IMG/VR virus record: IMGVR_UViG_3300010376_000127
Location: 1 to 24,268 of that record
Direction: 5' to 3' (one strand)
DNA from: a virus
Taxonomy: Duplodnaviria; Caudoviricetes
DNA length: 24,268 nt
The translations under genes were made by a program, and so were the position numbers. The notes beneath the pieces were generated by a model. The model worked only from the letters and a program-made list of their open reading frames with translations, searched no databases and had not been told where the DNA came from. Shown piece by piece: positions 24,163-24,268 of this stretch. How positions within the stretch are numbered: position 1 is the first letter of the stretch; every line of letters starts with the position of its first letter.

Positions 24163-24268
24163 TAGTACAGCATCCCCGTCGCGCGATCGACGTGCTTGAA
24201 GACCAGGCTCGTGTCGATGACGAACGGAAACTCCTTCTTCGCCCACTTGCCGAAGCCGGCTTTGGTCA
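24162..24268 (-). CDS. C-terminus of an upstream gene, possibly a GT2-like glycosyltransferase (partial)
   Basis: Manual translation ...TKAGFGKWAKKEFPFVIDTSLVFKHVDRATGMLY*, stop overlapping the next ATG; IDTS...H resembles the end of phage GT-A enzymes. Only 34 residues visible. Confidence 0.4.
   Translation of the reverse strand, partial: TKAGFGKWAKKEFPFVIDTSLVFKHVDRATGMLY

Larger units (their letters stand above)
1..24268 (-). mobile_element. Tailed phage/prophage late (virion morphogenesis + lysis) operon, siphovirus-like
   Basis: About 27 consecutive minus-strand genes, mostly abutting or overlapping (ATGA, GTGA, TAATG junctions), in canonical neck-terminator-tube-chaperone-TMP-tail tip-lysis order; no sheath gene. 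No host genes or att site in the window, so prophage versus free phage cannot be decided. Confidence 0.95.

Noticed and set aside
24163-24246. Track start of the 500-aa ORF, and similar long starts at 22071, 16325, 14695, 6455, 5967, 2656 and 2513
   Set aside because: These extensions overlap upstream genes; downstream starts with SD sequences and stop/start coupling fit better.
1-24268. Many plus-strand ORFs, some long (2566-3510, 11117-12226, 12491-13591, 20045-20983)
   Set aside because: They are antisense shadows of well-supported minus-strand genes in GC-rich DNA, with no recognisable motifs; the minus strand is already fully tiled.

Overview
The whole window is a single co-oriented (minus-strand), translationally coupled late operon of a tailed dsDNA phage or prophage of siphovirus type: lambda-like tail tube, -1 frameshifted tail chaperone pair, 1094-aa tape measure, no sheath. 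Reading right to left: the end of a probable glycosyltransferase; a putative head/neck fibre module (DUF4038/GH140-like glycosidase, a 259-aa beta-rich protein, a 66-aa protein, a 646-aa acidic ~22-aa-repeat protein, a 121-aa beta-sandwich anchor); head-tail adaptor carrying an inserted FCCH-like domain; head closure; GT2 and GT4 glycosyltransferases inserted in the neck genes; neck, terminator, tube, chaperones, tape measure; one fused tail-tip/fibre protein with an S74 chaperone; then a lysis region (membrane proteins, small lysozyme-fold endolysin, holin) interleaved with four more putative glycan-active proteins. The standout features are the density of glycan-building and glycan-degrading genes, a perfect internal Shine-Dalgarno that would express a C-terminal beta-trefoil-like domain separately, and a possible repeat scaffold displaying enzymes. 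All product calls come from motif recognition by eye; no searches were run.
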